NCBI RefSeq assembly: GCF_000647975.1 | Contig: NZ_JFKE01000003.1 | Location: 132,206-196,205, forward strand | Length of the DNA: 64,000 nt | From: Actibacterium mucosum KCTC 23349 | GTDB taxonomy: Bacteria; Pseudomonadota; Alphaproteobacteria; Rhodobacterales; Rhodobacteraceae | Direction: 5' to 3' | Shown here: positions 30,190-39,465 of the stretch, one piece after another | Layout of the letters: each line of letters opens with the position of its first letter | Numbering within the stretch: position 1 is the first letter of the stretch | Made by a program: the position numbers and the translations under genes | The notes under the pieces: generated by a model | What the model was told of the DNA's origin: nothing | Seen by the model: only the letters and a program-made list of their open reading frames with translations | Database searches by the model: none

Positions 30190-30558
30190 ATGGAAAAAGA
30201 CCCTTCTATCAACGCATTAGGAACCGAATTGCAGCCGTGCTCGATGGACCCGGTGACCGGGTTTTTCCGCGATGGGGCGTGCAATACCTGCGCGGCGGAT
30301 ACCGGCAGCCACACGGTCTGTGCGGTGATGACGGCCGAGTTTCTGGCCTATTCCAAATATGTAGGCAATGACCTGAGCACCCCGCGCCCCGAATACCATT
30401 TCGCCGGCCTGAAACCGGGCGACCAATGGTGCCTGTGCGCAGCGCGTTTTCTGCAAGCCCATGACGAGGGTTGCGCCCCTAAGGTCAGCCTGCGAGCCAC
30501 CCACCAGCGGGCGTTGGAGGTGGTGCCGTTGGACGTTTTGCAATCCCACGCGGTGTGA
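30190..30558 (+). CDS. DUF2237-like small Cys-rich protein
   Basis: 122 aa with seven Cys, including GFFRDGACNTCAAD. Confidence 0.45.
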   Translation: MEKDPSINALGTELQPCSMDPVTGFFRDGACNTCAADTGSHTVCAVMTAEFLAYSKYVGNDLSTPRPEYHFAGLKPGDQWCLCAARFLQAHDEGCAPKVSLRATHQRALEVVPLDVLQSHAV

Positions 30559-30629
30559 CCGGTGCCATGGAAAGTTTAACGGGGTTCTTAAACTTTCACT
30601 GCCGCCCGAAGGCCATAGTTTAAAGATTT

Positions 30630-31373
30630 TCACCCGGCCGGATGGCTGGCCTTGAACCGCGCGATCCAGTCGCGGCTCTGTTGATCAGCCAGCTTGCCGA
30701 CGCCAATCTGAACCGCGTTCGCGGCATCGGGATTCTGACCGATATGTTCCAGAACCCGGCGCAGTTCACCGATGGGATCGGCGGACAGCGCGTCATAGGT
30801 CAGGCGCAGGGGTTCGATCCCCTGTTCCGCGAACCAGTTGTTCCAGCCGGCATGGTCATCGGCGAACTGCGCCGCGTTCTTGGCGATGAACGCGGCGTCA
30901 TAGCGGGGCTGTTCCGGGGGGGCGGTGCGTTCGATCTCGGACCCGTCGGGGGCCCGGTGCCACAGACCCGATTGCGTGGCTTTCAGATAAGACACCGCCT
31001 GTGCCACCTTGTCGTCGCGGTTCAGGTAGATGAAGGCCGTGGGGCCAAAGGCGCATTGCAGGAGGTCGAGATCGCACGCCCCAGCCGCCGTTTCGCGTGC
31101 CAGGGTTTCAAGGAACACCACCCGGCTGTGGCTTTGCAGGCGAAGGCCGAACACGCCGGCATCCCCGCGGCCCTGCCCGATCGCGGCCCGCAGGATATCG
31201 GCAAAGGGCGCGGTTTCAGGCAGGCCGACACCGCGCGCCCATGACGCCATTTCGGGCCGGTGGAAATAGGATTCAGGGTGACCGGCCACACCGCTGCGGG
31301 CCAAAAGATCGCACAGCAAAGTGCTGCCGCTGCGGGGCGAGGTGCACAGAATATAGGACGCGAATTTAGTCAT
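30630..31373 (-). CDS. Stf0-family (PAPS-dependent) sulfotransferase
   Basis: The N-terminal 5'-PSB loop CTSPRSGSTLLCDLL and the overall ~250 aa size match Stf0. Confidence 0.6.
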   Translation of the reverse strand: MTKFASYILCTSPRSGSTLLCDLLARSGVAGHPESYFHRPEMASWARGVGLPETAPFADILRAAIGQGRGDAGVFGLRLQSHSRVVFLETLARETAAGACDLDLLQCAFGPTAFIYLNRDDKVAQAVSYLKATQSGLWHRAPDGSEIERTAPPEQPRYDAAFIAKNAAQFADDHAGWNNWFAEQGIEPLRLTYDALSADPIGELRRVLEHIGQNPDAANAVQIGVGKLADQQSRDWIARFKASHPAG

Positions 31374-31433
31374 GCCGGGCCTTTAACACCGCAATGTAAC
31401 ACCCCGCCCGGCACGGGGCCGGACGGGGCTTTG

Positions 31434-32567
31434 TCAGCGCATTTTGACAAGGTCGTTCATCAACCCCTCGGTCCCGCTGAGGACGGTCAGGTTGTCGACC
31501 TTGTCGGCGACGGCTTCCAGAGCTTCCAGCTCTTTCAGGCGCATCATCACCGGATGCTCGGCCATGACCTTGGCCGTGTTCAGAAGCGAACGCGTGGCGT
31601 TCGTCTCTTCCCGACGACGGATCACGTTGGCCTCGGCCTCTTTCTGCGCGGTCACAACCTGGTTCAGGATCTCGCGCATCTCGCCCGGCAGGATCACGTC
31701 TTTCAACGCGATCTCGCCCAGCTCGATGCCGATCCCGGCCATTTCGACCCGCACGGCCTCGGCGGCCTCGGCATCGACGCTGACCTTGTCAGCCAGCAAA
31801 GCGTCCAGCGTCAGCGCGCCAAGCGTCTTGCGGAAGGCCAGTTGCAGCGCCCGGTGCAGCGTTTCGGCGAAGTCTTTCACCAACTGCACCGCCTTGACCG
31901 GGTCAACCACACGGTAATCGGCGGTGATGTTCACCCGCAGCGTCACGCGGTCACGGGTCAGCATTTCCTGCCCGTTCACCTCGTGCATCTGCCAGCGCAG
32001 ATCGACCTGTTTCACCAGGTGCTTGCGCCCCAGCATCCAGAACCAATAGGTGCCCGGCTGCAAAACGCGGTCAAACACGCCATCCACGGTCAACAGACCC
32101 ACCTTGCCCTCGGCCACCTCGGTCGCGACCATCTGCTTGGTCAGGCCCGAGCGCATCAGACGCTGCGCCAGTTCGGCCGGCACCTCGTGGCGCTCGCCCA
32201 GCGGCACCATTTCCACCGACCAGTCGGCGGCGTCCTTCCAGAACAACATCTGCTTGTCCTGGCTGACCACCGCATGGGCGCGCCCCGAACGGGCCACCAC
32301 GGCCACCTCGTCCGGGCCGGTGACAACCTCGAAGAAATGGCGTTCAACCAGGTCCGGGCGGGTGTTCCGCAGCGGCTGTTCAAGATGCGAGTCAAAGCGC
32401 AGATCGCTCAGCGCGAAGGAGTGCATGTCGAGGTTCCGCGCCTTCAGACGGTGCTCGCCCGGGCCCAGAATATCGACGAAACGGCCTTTTTGCAGAACAA
32501 GCACACGCTTGGTCTCGGCCACGATCACACGCTGGTAGCCCAGCATTTTTTCAAACAAATACGTCAT
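31434..32567 (-). CDS. SPFH/band-7 domain protein
   Basis: 377 aa. A GAAGGAG RBS is present. The SPFH-like core is followed by a coiled-coil C-terminus. No clear N-terminal TM segment was seen. Confidence 0.65.
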   Translation of the reverse strand: MTYLFEKMLGYQRVIVAETKRVLVLQKGRFVDILGPGEHRLKARNLDMHSFALSDLRFDSHLEQPLRNTRPDLVERHFFEVVTGPDEVAVVARSGRAHAVVSQDKQMLFWKDAADWSVEMVPLGERHEVPAELAQRLMRSGLTKQMVATEVAEGKVGLLTVDGVFDRVLQPGTYWFWMLGRKHLVKQVDLRWQMHEVNGQEMLTRDRVTLRVNITADYRVVDPVKAVQLVKDFAETLHRALQLAFRKTLGALTLDALLADKVSVDAEAAEAVRVEMAGIGIELGEIALKDVILPGEMREILNQVVTAQKEAEANVIRRREETNATRSLLNTAKVMAEHPVMMRLKELEALEAVADKVDNLTVLSGTEGLMNDLVKMR

Positions 32568-32952
32568 TGGTTACATCTCCTTCTTCTTCGTCTCGCTAAC
32601 CGCGCAAACGCATTCTCCTTTTGGTTTCAGTTGGTTGCACCCGGAACGGGTGACAGGTGTGACATCCACGCGGGATTGCGCGGACGAAAATGAAGGGCGC
32701 CGGGGCCGCCTTTGCCGTGGCCAGAGGCGGGGCCGAAGGGGGCGACAACGCGGGGACCGGGCGGCGCGGCGTGGGATGGATCGAAACCCACCCGGCCGGG
32801 TTGCCCTTGCCCGGTTGCCGCGCCCAGCTGCCCGGCCAAAGGCCAGAGCGTGGCGGGCCCGCATCGCAGGTCGCCCGAAGGCCACCCTTGACGCACGGAC
32901 CACCCCGCAAGGCAGCCCCGGAACCGATATGGTGCGTTCTTTCGAGACGCGT

Positions 32953-33029
32953 TCAATAAGCCGGGAGTCGAACCCGGAACCTCTAGATTCGTAGTCTAGC
33001 GCTCTATCCAATTGAGCTACTTCATTCGG
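32953..33029 (-). tRNA. tRNA-Arg(ACG)-like element with a non-complementary 5' acceptor strand; likely a 5'-truncated pseudo-tRNA
   Basis: The D-arm (GCTCAATTGGATAGAGC), the anticodon arm (CTAGA-CTACGAA-TCTAG, anticodon ACG) and the T-arm (CCGGG-TTCGACT-CCCGG) are all intact. The 3' strand CTTATTG pairs with the upstream 7 nt (AATGAAG) at only 4 of 7 positions. Those upstream nucleotides are in fact the 3' end of the neighbouring tRNA-like element. Confidence 0.4.
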
Positions 33030-33093
33030 AGGGATTCGAACCCTCAACCCACAGAACCTGAATCTGTTGCTCTATCCATTGAGCTTCGAATAA
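33021..33093 (-). tRNA. atypical 73-nt tRNA-like element: class I (short variable loop) with anticodon CAG, A at position 8, and an AT-rich acceptor stem
   Basis: The full cloverleaf can be read directly: acceptor TTATTCG/CGAATGA (one G-U pair), D-arm GCTC-AATGGATA-GAGC, anticodon arm ACAGA-TTCAGGT-TCTGT, T-arm GAGGG-TTCGAAT-CCCTC. Bacterial tRNA-Leu normally has a long variable arm, so the isotype is uncertain. Confidence 0.45.
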
Positions 33094-33375
33094 CCGTCCA
33101 TTCACGACATTCCTGGCATACGGAACCGGCAGCGCCGTCCGCACCGGGGGAGTGATCACCTCCGACCCGCTAGGATATGCCCGTCAGGACAGGGCGCCCT
33201 TTTAGGCGGCGAAACTGGATTCGCGGTAAAGTAATTTTTGCGGCAAATGCACCCGTTGCGCGGGCGCAACATTATTTCAACGTTGCGCAACTTTTGCAAA
33301 GCCGAATGGCAAATCACGGCCGAAGGAACGCCGATCCGGTCTGCCAGGCATGTCGAAAATTGCCGAATTCAGAAT

Positions 33376-33870
33376 TCAGATCCTCAGACCTTCATCCATC
33401 AATTCGTCGATGAACAGACTGAGCAACTGAGGTCGTCCAGTAACGCCAGCCTTGCGGTATATCGCGGCGGTCTGGGCTTTCACTGTGCCTTCGGACGTGT
33501 TGCGGGTTTTGGCAATCTCGTGCGTGCTGAGTCCTTTAATGGCGAACAGAGCGACATCGCGTTCGGCAGGGGTCAGTGCCCAGTCCTGAAAATGTTCTTC
33601 CAAAACGTCGGCGAAGGCCCCCGAAGCAGCCCGCAGAGCGGTGCGCGCCTGTCGGGCCTCGCGCAGAGAACCGCGCAACAGGACAAAGGCCAACACTCCG
33701 CCAAGGATCAGCCCACCGGCGGCTGCGATTTCCATCAATTCGCGCAACTGCCAGTTCAACGGCCGGGCCCGAAGGCCAATCAAGCTGGACAGCAGGTCGG
33801 ACAGAAAGAATAGGGTGCAGATCGCCTGAATTACCAATATCACAACAAAGACAATGACTTGTCGGTTCAT
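33376..33870 (-). CDS. membrane-anchored LuxR-family (HTH) transcriptional regulator
   Basis: Two predicted N-terminal TM helices, then a C-terminal LuxR-type HTH (LTPAERDVALFAIKGLSTHEIAKTRNTSEGTVKAQTAAIYRKAGV). The ORF track starts at TTG 33891; ATG 33870 is preferred. Confidence 0.65.
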   Translation of the reverse strand: MNRQVIVFVVILVIQAICTLFFLSDLLSSLIGLRARPLNWQLRELMEIAAAGGLILGGVLAFVLLRGSLREARQARTALRAASGAFADVLEEHFQDWALTPAERDVALFAIKGLSTHEIAKTRNTSEGTVKAQTAAIYRKAGVTGRPQLLSLFIDELMDEGLRI

Positions 33871-33891
33871 TCGCGGCCACCGCAACAACAA

Positions 33892-34176
33892 TCAATCGTC
33901 ATCGTCGTCTCCGTTTTCGCGCCCGTCATCGTCCAGCTGCCAAACGTCACGCAGAACTTCGCCGGTACGCGCGTTCACGACGATCACACGTTCATGACCG
34001 TTGCGTTCAGCCTCGATCAGGAAACGGCCCAACCACGTGCGTGAAACCTCGATGTCAGCGTATCCGTCAGCCAGCAATTGGGCGACGATCCGGTCGACAT
34101 AGGGCGTCTGCGCCCCAGCAACCACCGGTGCGCACAACGCTGAAACGAGGACCAACATAGCGATGTGGCGGGTCAT
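33892..34176 (-). CDS. small secreted PepSY-like protein with an acidic tail
   Basis: Signal peptide, then a PepSY-like core (IEVSRTWLGRFLIEAERNGHERVIVVNARTGEVLRD), then a DDDGRENGDDDDD C-terminus. Confidence 0.5.
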   Translation of the reverse strand: MTRHIAMLVLVSALCAPVVAGAQTPYVDRIVAQLLADGYADIEVSRTWLGRFLIEAERNGHERVIVVNARTGEVLRDVWQLDDDGRENGDDDDD

Positions 34177-34249
34177 GGAACCTCCGTCAGATACCCTGCC
34201 CCACTAAAGCGGAACAGGGAAGGTCGTACAAGATCAACGTGTTAGATGA

Positions 34250-34618
34250 TCATTCATCGTCGTCGTCTTCATCCTCGTCGTCATCTTCGTCCTCGTCATC
34301 TTCGTCCTCGTCATCATCATCATCTTCTTCATTTTCGTCGTCGTCGTCCGCGTCGTCGTCATCTTCGTCGTCGAGGGGTTCCAATTCCTCGGATAGAAGA
34401 TTACCTGCGGCATCGTATGTCCGTTCGATCTCGTCGGTGGCGCTAACCGCTTCAATTTCATAACCATTTTTGGTCTGGATCACTTCGATCTGCGAGTAAC
34501 CGGCACTGGTCAGATCCGCGACAATTGCATCGGCAACCGGGTCGGTTGACTGAGACAGAACGCTGGTGCCCAGCAAGGCGGCCGAAACCGAGATTGCGCT
34601 AAGTTTAAACAGTTTCAT
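34250..34618 (-). CDS. small secreted PepSY-like protein with a ~45-residue poly-Asp/Glu C-terminal tail
   Basis: Signal peptide, then a PepSY-like core (YSQIEVIQTKNGYEIEAVSATDEIERTYDAAGNLL), then a D/E-only tail. It is a paralogue of the adjacent gene. Confidence 0.5.
   Translation of the reverse strand: MKLFKLSAISVSAALLGTSVLSQSTDPVADAIVADLTSAGYSQIEVIQTKNGYEIEAVSATDEIERTYDAAGNLLSEELEPLDDEDDDDADDDDENEEDDDDDEDEDDEDEDDDEDEDDDDE
34256..34390. repeat. low-complexity trinucleotide (GAC/GAT/GAA/GAG)n tract encoding the poly-acidic tail
   Basis: Read directly from the sequence. The tract includes a direct 15-bp duplication, tcttcgtcctcgtca x2. Its antisense frames give poly-Ser and poly-Arg ORFs in the track. 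Confidence 0.55.
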
Positions 34619-34838
34619 GATGGGGTCCTTTCCCGTTTTCGGCTGCGCCTTTTGCGCTGCCTGTGGGAAAAGCCTGGCGAACCGGCCGCCGAAAAAAAAT
34701 ATGCCACAGGGTTAGGGGCAGCGTCATAAACCGGCGAATGAGGGCCATAAACTTTGGTTTATGGTAAAATTACAAAAAACCCCGCCCGGTGAAGGCGAGG
34801 TTTTCAACTTTGGGCCCACGAAACCGGCGAAGTTTGAA

Positions 34839-36086
34839 CTATTCGACCGAGCGACCCTCGGGGCCGGACATGTCAAAGCCCAGGTGGCGGGCGACGGTGA
34901 AGATGTCTTTGTCGCCGCGTCCGCACATGTTCATGATGATGATGTGGTCGGCGGGCAGTTCGGGGGCAATCTTCATCACATGGGCCAGCGCGTGGCTGGG
35001 CTCCAGCGCGGGGATGATGCCTTCGGTCTGGCAGGAAAGCTGAAACGCCTCCAGCGCTTCGACATCGGTGATCGAGACATATTGCGCGCGCCCGATCTCG
35101 TGCAGCCAGGCGTGTTCGGGGCCGATGCCGGGATAGTCCAGACCCGCCGAGATCGAGAAGCCTTCGAGGATCTGACCATCATCGTCCTGCAACAGGTAGG
35201 TGCGGTTGCCGTGCAGCACGCCGGGGCGCCCGCCGGTCAGGCTGGCGCAATGTTCCATCTTCTGGTTTACGCCTTTGCCGCCGGCCTCGACCCCGATGAT
35301 CTGCACATCCTTGTCGTCGAGGAACGGAAAGAACAGGCCCATGGCGTTGGAGCCACCGCCGATGGCGGCTATGATCGTGTCGGGCAAGCGCCCCTCGGCC
35401 TTCATGATCTGCGCCTTGGCTTCCTTGCCGATGATCGCCTGAAAGTCGCGGACCATGGCGGGGTATGGGTGCGGGCCGGCCACGGTGCCGATGCAGTAAA
35501 ACGTGTCGCGCACATTGGTCACCCAATCACGCAGCGCGTCGTTCATCGCGTCCTTCAGCGTGCCGCGGCCCGAGGTTACCGGGATCACCTCGGCCCCCAG
35601 CAGGCGCATGCGGAACACGTTCGGGGCCTGCCGTTCAACGTCATGCGCGCCCATATAGACCACGCATTTCAGGCCAAACTTGGCGCAGACGGTGGCGGTG
35701 GCCACCCCGTGCTGCCCGGCGCCGGTTTCGGCGATGATGCGGGTTTTGCCCATGCGGCGGGCCAGCAGGATCTGACCTAGCACGTTGTTGATCTTGTGCG
35801 CGCCGGTGTGGTTCAGCTCGTCCCGTTTGAGATAGATCTTGGCGCCGCCCAGATGCTTGGTCAGGCCCTCGGCAAAGTAAAGCGGGCTGGGGCGGCCGAC
35901 ATAGTGTTCCCACAGGTCATCCATCTGGGCCCAAAACGAGGGGTCATCCTTGGCGCGGTCGTATTCTTCCTCAAGCGACAGGATCAGCGGCATCAGGGTT
36001 TCGCTGACGAACCGGCCGCCGAAATCGCCGAACCGGCCGTTTTCGTCGGGGCCGGTCATGAAGCTGTTGAAAAGATCGTTCGGCAT
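34839..36086 (-). CDS. trpB: tryptophan synthase beta subunit
   Basis: The PLP-lysine motif HTGAHKINN and GGGSNA are present, and the length matches TrpB. The start is taken at MPNDLFN. Confidence 0.9.
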   Translation of the reverse strand: MPNDLFNSFMTGPDENGRFGDFGGRFVSETLMPLILSLEEEYDRAKDDPSFWAQMDDLWEHYVGRPSPLYFAEGLTKHLGGAKIYLKRDELNHTGAHKINNVLGQILLARRMGKTRIIAETGAGQHGVATATVCAKFGLKCVVYMGAHDVERQAPNVFRMRLLGAEVIPVTSGRGTLKDAMNDALRDWVTNVRDTFYCIGTVAGPHPYPAMVRDFQAIIGKEAKAQIMKAEGRLPDTIIAAIGGGSNAMGLFFPFLDDKDVQIIGVEAGGKGVNQKMEHCASLTGGRPGVLHGNRTYLLQDDDGQILEGFSISAGLDYPGIGPEHAWLHEIGRAQYVSITDVEALEAFQLSCQTEGIIPALEPSHALAHVMKIAPELPADHIIIMNMCGRGDKDIFTVARHLGFDMSGPEGRSVE

Positions 36087-36147
36087 GGCGCGTTCCCTCA
36101 AGATGTTAGGAATGTCCTAGTGAAGCACGGGGCCGAGCGCAAGCGGC

Positions 36148-36810
36148 TCAGCGCAGGGCGGGCGGGCCTTTGACGGCGTCCATAAAGGTGCGGATCAGGC
36201 CCGCGTCTTTCACGCCCGGCGCAGTTTCAACGCCCGAGGACAGGTCGATCTGTTTGGCACCGGTCAGGTTGATGGCGCGGCTGACATTATCGGCCGTCAG
36301 ACCGCCCGACAGCATCCACGGTTTCGTCCAGTATTTGCGGCCTGCCAGCAATTGCCAGTCAAAGGGCAGCCCATTGCCGCCGGGGCGGTCGGAATCGGGG
36401 GCGGGTTTGGCGTCGATCAGCAATTGATCGGCCACGGGGGCATATTCGTCGATCTGGGCCAGGTCGGCGGCCTCGGCCACGCCGATGGCCTTCATCACCG
36501 GCAGGCCATAGCGCGCCTTCACCTCGGCCACGCGGGCCGGTGTCTCGGCCCCGTGCAGCTGCAGCATGTCCAGCGGCACGGCCCCGGTGATCGCGTCCAG
36601 CGCGTCATTGTCGGCATTCACGGTCAGCGCCACCTTGGCCACGCCCAGCGGCACATGCCCGGCCAGAGGCACCGCCTGTGCGATGGACACGTTGCGGGGC
36701 GATTTGGGAAAGAAGACAAAGCCCACATAGGCCGCGCCAGCCTGCGCGGCGGCGTCGATATGGGCGGTGTCTTTCAGACCGCAGATTTTCACACGGGTTT
36801 GCTGTGACAT
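36148..36810 (-). CDS. trpF: N-(5'-phosphoribosyl)anthranilate isomerase
   Basis: VKICGL is the N-terminal motif. The protein is 220 aa and the gene sits directly upstream of trpB. Confidence 0.85.
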   Translation of the reverse strand: MSQQTRVKICGLKDTAHIDAAAQAGAAYVGFVFFPKSPRNVSIAQAVPLAGHVPLGVAKVALTVNADNDALDAITGAVPLDMLQLHGAETPARVAEVKARYGLPVMKAIGVAEAADLAQIDEYAPVADQLLIDAKPAPDSDRPGGNGLPFDWQLLAGRKYWTKPWMLSGGLTADNVSRAINLTGAKQIDLSSGVETAPGVKDAGLIRTFMDAVKGPPALR

Positions 36811-36819
36811 GCAGCCGGT

Positions 36820-37179
36820 TTACCCGGCCTTGCCGCCATCCTCAAGCAGGGCCAGCACGTCGTCGGCCTGTTTGGGGCTGCCTTTCAGGCGATCCACTTC
36901 GCGTTTCAGGCTGGCCGCGTCGCGCTGTGCGCGGTTGCGCTGACCGCGGATGCGCATTTCGCGCAGGCCTTCCCAGCCAAAGCCAACCAGCAGGCCAACC
37001 ACCACCGCGGCCAGCACCACCAGGAACAGCGGCAGTTGCAGCGACAGGTTGAACCCCGCAAAGGTGGCCATTTCAGCCGGCAGCAGGTTCAGCGTGACCG
37101 GACCACGATTGGCCAGGGCCACGACGACAAGTACCAGGGCCAACAGACCCCAGATCAGATACCTAAGATAACGAAACAT
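36820..37179 (-). CDS. lapA: LapA-domain (DUF1049) inner-membrane protein
   Basis: 119 aa, two TM segments plus a short cytoplasmic coiled tail. The gene follows ihfB, the conserved order. Confidence 0.55.
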   Translation of the reverse strand: MFRYLRYLIWGLLALVLVVVALANRGPVTLNLLPAEMATFAGFNLSLQLPLFLVVLAAVVVGLLVGFGWEGLREMRIRGQRNRAQRDAASLKREVDRLKGSPKQADDVLALLEDGGKAG

Positions 37180-37182
37180 GAG

Positions 37183-37473
37183 TTATTCCGGTTCGATTCC
37201 ATTGAGACGGTCGCGTAGCAGCTTACCCGTCTTAAAGAACGGAACGTGTTTTTCTTCAACCTCTACCGCGTCACCGGTGCGCGGATTTCGGCCAGTGCGG
37301 GCATCGCGTTTCTTGACAGAGAAGGCGCCAAAACCGCGCAGTTCCACGCGGTCGCCATCGGCCATGGCACCGATAATCTCTTCAAAAATCGTGTTCACGA
37401 TGCGCTCAACATCCCGCTGATAAAGATGCGGATTGTCATCAGCAATCTTCTGGATCAGTTCCGACCGGATCAT
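37183..37473 (-). CDS. ihfB: integration host factor subunit beta
   Basis: 96 aa carrying the HU/IHF signature ...[46 protein letters not shown]. Confidence 0.85.
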   Translation of the reverse strand: MIRSELIQKIADDNPHLYQRDVERIVNTIFEEIIGAMADGDRVELRGFGAFSVKKRDARTGRNPRTGDAVEVEEKHVPFFKTGKLLRDRLNGIEPE

Positions 37474-37710
37474 CGAGCATCATCCCCCTGTTATCGGCGC
37501 CTATTCTGGCCCCTTTGTTGGCAACGTATTTTACCCGTCGACTATAGGCGTGTTTTTCCTGCGTGAGAAACAGAAACCATTGAAAAATGGGGGAAACATG
37601 GCGTTGCCGCCATTAATTTCACCGTTAAAGGCGACTGCTGCGGCGCGGCATGGCGCAAATTTGGGTCCGCCCCGGACCTAGTTCGGGGAAACAAGGTACT
37701 CGATTCGGGT

Positions 37711-37747
37711 CAAAAAGATTTGGGCCCCACCATTTCTGGCGGGGCCC
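37711..37747 (-). terminator. rho-independent terminator downstream of rpsA
   Basis: On the minus strand: stem GGGCCCCGCC, loop AGAAAT, stem GGTGGGGCCC, then AAATCTTTTT. Confidence 0.5.
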
Positions 37748-37785
37748 AAAATGAACTTTGTTCACACCCGAGGGCGTGTTCGGGA

Positions 37786-39465
37786 TTATTCGTCGCCCTT
37801 CAGAGCGGCGCCCAGGATGTCGCCCAGCGATGCACCCGAGTCCGAGCTGCCATACTGTTCGACGGCCTCTTTCTCTTCCGCAATCTCGCGTGCCTTGATC
37901 GACAGACCCAGACGACGCGACTTGGCGTCGACATTGGTGACGCGCACGTCGACCTTGTCGCCCACGCCGAAACGCTCGGGGCGCTGCTCGGCACGGTCGC
38001 GGCTGAGGTCGGAACGGCGGATGAAGGACTTGGCGCCTTCGTATTCCACCTCGATGCCGCCATCTTCGATCGCGGTCACTTCGACCGTGATGATCGAGCC
38101 ACGCTTGACGCCATCAACGGCCTCGGCGAACTGATCCGAACCCAGGGCTTTGACCGACAGCGAGATGCGCTCTTTGTCGACATCCACCTCGGTGACAACG
38201 GCTTTGACCACGTCGCCCTTGCGGTAGTTCTGCATGGCTTCCTCGCCACGCTGGTCCCAGCTGAGATCCGACAGGTGAACCATGCCGTCGATGTCGTTGT
38301 CCAGACCGATGAACAGACCAAACTCGGTGATGTTCTTGACCTCGCCCTCGACCTCGGTGCCGACCGGGTGGGTTTCGGCGAACACATCCCACGGGTTGCG
38401 CATGGTCTGTTTCAGGCCCAGCGAAACGCGACGCTTGGCGCCGTCGATTTCCAGAACCATGACCTCGACTTCCTGGCTGGTCGACACGATCTTGCCCGGG
38501 TGAACGTTCTTCTTTGTCCACGACATTTCCGAAACGTGCACCAGACCTTCGACGCCGGCTTCCAGCTCAACAAAGGCACCGTAATCGGTGATGTTGGTGA
38601 CGCGGCCGGTATGCACCGATTCCAGCGGGTATTTCGCGGCAACGGTATCCCACGGATCGTCCTGCAGCTGTTTCATGCCCAGGCTGATACGGTGGGTTTC
38701 CTTGTTGATCTTGATGACCTGAACCTTGACGGTCTCGCCGATCGACAGGATTTCCGACGGGTGGTTCACACGGCGCCAGGCCATGTCGGTGACGTGCAGC
38801 AGGCCGTCGACACCGCCCAGATCCACGAAGGCACCGTATTCGGTGATGTTCTTGACGACACCATCCACGGCCTGACCTTCGGCCAGGTTGCCGATAACTT
38901 CGGCACGCTGTTCGGCGCGGCTTTCTTCCAGGATGGCGCGGCGCGAGACAACGATGTTGCCGCGGCGGCGGTCCATTTTCAGGATCTGGAAGGGCTGCTT
39001 CAGACCCATCAGCGGGCCGGCATCGCGTACGGGGCGCACGTCAACCTGAGAGCCGGGCAAGAAGGCCACGGCACCGCCCAGATCGACGGTAAAGCCACCT
39101 TTGACGCGGCCAAAAATGGCACCTTCGACGCGCGCGTCGTCGGCATAGGCTTTTTCCAGGCGGTCCCAGGCTTCTTCGCGGCGGGCCTTGTCGCGGCTGA
39201 TGACAGCCTCGCCACGGGCGTTTTCCACGCGGTCGAGGAACACCTCAACTTCGTCGCCAACTTCGATCTCGGGGGCTTCGCCGGGATTTGCGAATTCTTT
39301 CAGCTCGACACGGCCTTCCATCTTGTAGCCGACGTCGATGATGGCCTGACCAGCTTCGATAGCGATCACACGGCCTTTGACAACAGAGCCCTCGTCGGGC
39401 GTGTCAATTTCGAAGCTTTCTTGCAGGAGGGCTTCGAATTCCTCCATCGATGCGTTTTGAGCCAT
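37786..39465 (-). CDS. rpsA: 30S ribosomal protein S1
   Basis: Six S1 repeats over about 559 aa. The start is MAQNASMEEF, with AAGGAAA upstream. Confidence 0.9.
   Translation of the reverse strand: MAQNASMEEFEALLQESFEIDTPDEGSVVKGRVIAIEAGQAIIDVGYKMEGRVELKEFANPGEAPEIEVGDEVEVFLDRVENARGEAVISRDKARREEAWDRLEKAYADDARVEGAIFGRVKGGFTVDLGGAVAFLPGSQVDVRPVRDAGPLMGLKQPFQILKMDRRRGNIVVSRRAILEESRAEQRAEVIGNLAEGQAVDGVVKNITEYGAFVDLGGVDGLLHVTDMAWRRVNHPSEILSIGETVKVQVIKINKETHRISLGMKQLQDDPWDTVAAKYPLESVHTGRVTNITDYGAFVELEAGVEGLVHVSEMSWTKKNVHPGKIVSTSQEVEVMVLEIDGAKRRVSLGLKQTMRNPWDVFAETHPVGTEVEGEVKNITEFGLFIGLDNDIDGMVHLSDLSWDQRGEEAMQNYRKGDVVKAVVTEVDVDKERISLSVKALGSDQFAEAVDGVKRGSIITVEVTAIEDGGIEVEYEGAKSFIRRSDLSRDRAEQRPERFGVGDKVDVRVTNVDAKSRRLGLSIKAREIAEEKEAVEQYGSSDSGASLGDILGAALKGDE

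Noticed and set aside
32571-33047. 158-codon minus ORF across the tRNA-like elements
   Set aside because: Its N-terminus (EVAQLDRALDYESRGSGFDSR) is the characteristic spurious translation of tRNA D/T arms. It is not a protein.
34239-34463. poly-Ser ORF (plus) and poly-Arg/His ORFs
   Set aside because: These are alternative frames or antisense of the (GAN)n acidic-tail repeat in the PepSY-like gene.
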